From Orbicella franksi (lineage: Eukaryota), in the NCBI GenBank assembly GCA_964199315.1, contig OZ116699.1, positions 38,688,001 to 38,752,000 on the forward strand: a DNA stretch of 64,000 nt. The letters are read 5' to 3'. Positions within the stretch are counted from its first letter, which is position 1; each line of letters starts with the position of its first letter. Of the stretch, positions 61,862 through 64,000 are shown in pieces. Position numbers and translations under genes: made by a program. A model generated the notes under the pieces. It did not search any database. It had not been told where the DNA came from and saw nothing but the letters and a program-made list of their open reading frames with translations.

Positions 61862-63753
61862 CTGGTACTAGTTGTGTTGTGCAATAGCCCATTCTTATGC
61901 TAGCTTGTGGAAGCTGTAAATTTCCTAAGGACTGAGCCTCCACCTGGACGTGCCGGTGTACTTTAAATCATTAGGCCACCATACTACACGATAAGCATGT
62001 TATGTTAATTTGAACCCCCTCTCCTGAAGAAGTATTGTAATAAGACTCTGTCATATGTAATGTATTGTAAGCAGTTTTCTGTGAATAATGTATTGTATAC
62101 GTGCCTGTAGTGTACATTTAGTATTGTAATTTATTGTAGCTAGTCTATTGTAAGCAACATACAGTAATTCGCTGTCTGTAAGTAAAGTATTGTTAGAAGT
62201 ATGGTTAAGGTGGCTCAAAATTAAAATATTTTTGTGAGATGCCTGGACTCTAACCTGCACTTCAGCGCAAGGCATCATGCAATCACCCAAGGGGCCTTGA
62301 GACAGTGTGCAAAGTTTAATGTCCGCCAAGTTTAGTAAGCTGTTTGCCATATCAGTTATTTTTACCTTTGAAAACATCCATCCTTCAGGCAATTTCAAAG
62401 GAAAAACATTCTTTTAAAAGAATGTGCTGAAACTTAAATGAAAATTGTGATGTTGATGTCGCGATCGATAGTGCCAGCTAGCAATCGAAAAAAAAAAAAA
62501 AAAAAACAGGAACAAAACTACTCTTCAGGTTTTCTTTGTTCTTTTTACTTGGCCAGTCTGTTCTTTTTACTTGGCCAGTCTGTTCTTTTTACTTGGCCAG
62601 TCTGTCCTTTTTACTTGGCCAGTCTGTTTTCATGGTACTCTCCTTCTACTGCTTGCGCTGCTAACGACAACAACAGAAAAGAAAACACCATTCAAAATCT
62701 ACTCCACAGAATTTTTTATGATTTTCCCTGTTTCTTCTTCTGTGGCTAGTAAAAGAATTTTTAGAAAAAAAAACATGGGGGATGCAATTGATGGTAAAAA
62801 GTGGGTTAAGTTTGTTGCTATGCAACAGGACAGTGCAACCTTAATTTATGACTTTAACACGATGAAAGGTACAATGGAGAGTTACCTTAAAAGAATAGCA
62901 CAGCCATTCAAAACAGTACAGTTCTAAGCCTGAAAAATCGCAACTAGTTCAAAGAGTCCAAAAAAAAAAAAAACAGAAAACTGTTTTGAGCCACCTTGAG
63001 TTGTTTATCTTATTGTACTGTATTATAAGCGCAATAACAAAATACAAAAATATATCACATCTACTTGCCTATGAATTATTCTTATTTAGCACTTACCTAA
63101 ATTTATGGGTCTTTTGTTTTTTTCAGAGAGCCGCAAAGCTAACTTCACTTACAAAGATGGGCGGATTTTTTCCGGTAATTTTGTCTCAGGAAAGGTGAAT
63201 AACAAAGCAATAATAAAGCAATAATAAACAAATATTGTGTTTTGTAAACAAAGTAACCTCATTTTATTAAGGATGCTAGTTACAACTGTAATGTGCTCTG
63301 AACAAACAAAGCTGGTTGTGACAAAGAAGCCACACTAGCTGGAATTGTCAAGGAACCATCTGAATGAAAGAATGAATGAATGGAAGACTTATTATTATTA
63401 GTGTCAATTGGGGACACTATTTACACAATCTGACAGCTGTAGTCCTTTGTAGAAAATGAATCTTTGTACTATGTAAGTGTAGAAAGGCCTTGTATGTAAG
63501 CAGCAGCTAATATAAACAGAAAGTTACTGAACATCAGTGCCAGAATTTTTTTTGACTACTAACCTGTGTCAGTATTTATGTAAGTATGCATTATGTGGGG
63601 AAAATTCAGTTTTGAATTGTGGATGAAAGTGTGCTAAAAATTGTTTAGATGTGTTTAAGGTGTGTTGGTATGTTTACTTCTACTTCATATCTGTTGTTGT
63701 TTCAGAGACATGGAGAGGGTACACTGTCCTGGCCAAACCAGGCTAAATACCAG
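47720..63753 (+). CDS. Alsin-related DH-PH-MORN Rho-GEF with ~900-aa acidic low-complexity N-terminus (3' end beyond window)
   Basis: Exons 47720-48775, 51857(or 51860)-53270, 53947-54104, 55837-55971, 56553-56629, 57078-57174, 57501-57617, 57829-57927, 58030-58098, 58211-58303, 59110-59184, 59650-59776, 61386-61538, 63127-63194, 63706-63753; phases consistent. DH: ELYTTERSYVRGL...LITVVQRIPRYLLLLEDFFKRTPENHPD. PH: LLFNDMLV...LEIYTPEQSY...EKKTWL. MORN: FTYKDGRIFSGNFVSGKRHGEGTLSWPNQAKYQ. Confidence 0.88.
49708..50017 (-). mobile_element. Near-complete tRNA-derived SINE with 13-bp TSD
   Basis: Head gggaggcgtggtggcctcatggttagtgcgctggac (A box)...gttcaagcc (B box); TSD acatgg(g/a)gttcag at 49695-49707 and 50018-50030; short (TACC)-like tail. 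Confidence 0.88.
50189..50738. mobile_element. Non-autonomous element with TTAA TSD and ~80-bp TIRs (Kolobok-like)
   Basis: TTAA at 50185-50188 and 50739-50742; inverted ctcgatatc.attttttt.cattt..gtacacaat.ggtctttcctagatatcttg. Confidence 0.75.
50898..51687. mobile_element. Non-autonomous element with TTAA TSD (Kolobok-like)
   Basis: ttaa|gggctcattaa ... ttaatgggccc|ttaa; TTAA at 50894-50897 and 51688-51691. Confidence 0.6.
54409..55278. mobile_element. hAT-like non-autonomous element, 870 bp
   Basis: Perfect 14-bp TIR cagggctcgaaatt / aatttcgagccctg; many subterminal ggcgacca motifs. Only a 5-bp flank match (ttaac), not the canonical 8-bp TSD. Confidence 0.7.
59985..60120. repeat. Short palindromic dispersed repeat
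   Basis: ttaaccgagc...ggtctgtatgggagaatcttgacc pairs with ggtcaagattctcccatacagacc...gctcggttaa. Confidence 0.7.
61814..61861. repeat. (CAT)n microsatellite
   Basis: About 16 perfect CAT units. Confidence 0.95.
62538..62628. repeat. 22-bp tandem repeat, ~4 copies
   Basis: Unit tgttctttttacttggccagtc. Confidence 0.9.
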
Positions 63754-64000
63754 GTAAATATATGATTATCAAGTTTTGAAAGTTGTGTGTGATGTTGGAA
63801 ATGTTAGCAGTAAATACTTGCACATCAGAAGAGGTTCTTTAGAGGCTAAGCTATTGGAGGGGATGATGAGCTGTTGTATAATCAAAGGGAGATGGTAAGT
63901 GAAGGGTTAGGAGAGGGGCTGGCGAGAAGTTGTATTCATGGGGGAAAGAAGGCCTAAAGGTATTGTGTTTGAAACTTAGCTTAGGCTTTCTTGTCAGGGT

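Noticed and set aside
62766-62927. MGDAIDGKKW...FKTVQF reading frame as an exon of the GEF
   Set aside because: The flanking exons 61386-61538 and 63127-63194 join in phase without it, and it ends in a stop; probably a repeat remnant.

Overview
Eukaryotic (metazoan) genomic DNA. The intron-rich genes and repeat families look like a stony coral or other anthozoan, which is my inference from repeat types I recognise. Five host genes could be reconstructed by hand with GT-AG junctions and consistent phases: a single-exon alpha-1,3-fucosyltransferase (-), a 15-exon guanine deaminase (-), a 3-exon divergent K50 PRD-class homeobox gene (+), an 8-exon pyruvate kinase (-), and, head-to-head with it, a large DH-PH-MORN (alsin-related) GEF (+) that runs off the right end. 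The most unusual element is a complete 2,989-bp pogo-type (DD35D) DNA transposon with TA target duplication that carries a second, intact gene for a stand-alone HIRAN domain; this gene may lie in an intron of the transposase transcript. Two different intronic insertions share one architecture: an inverted partial copy plus tandem ~250-260-bp units, each holding a tRNA cloverleaf (near-canonical in the first family), flanked by 12-13-bp TSDs. There is also an old ~2.55-kb inverted duplication at 2.5-5.1 kb, plus many SINEs and MITEs, some nested. No CRISPR array, rRNA or convincing functional tRNA gene was seen. All identities and coordinates are hand-derived; no database searches were run.
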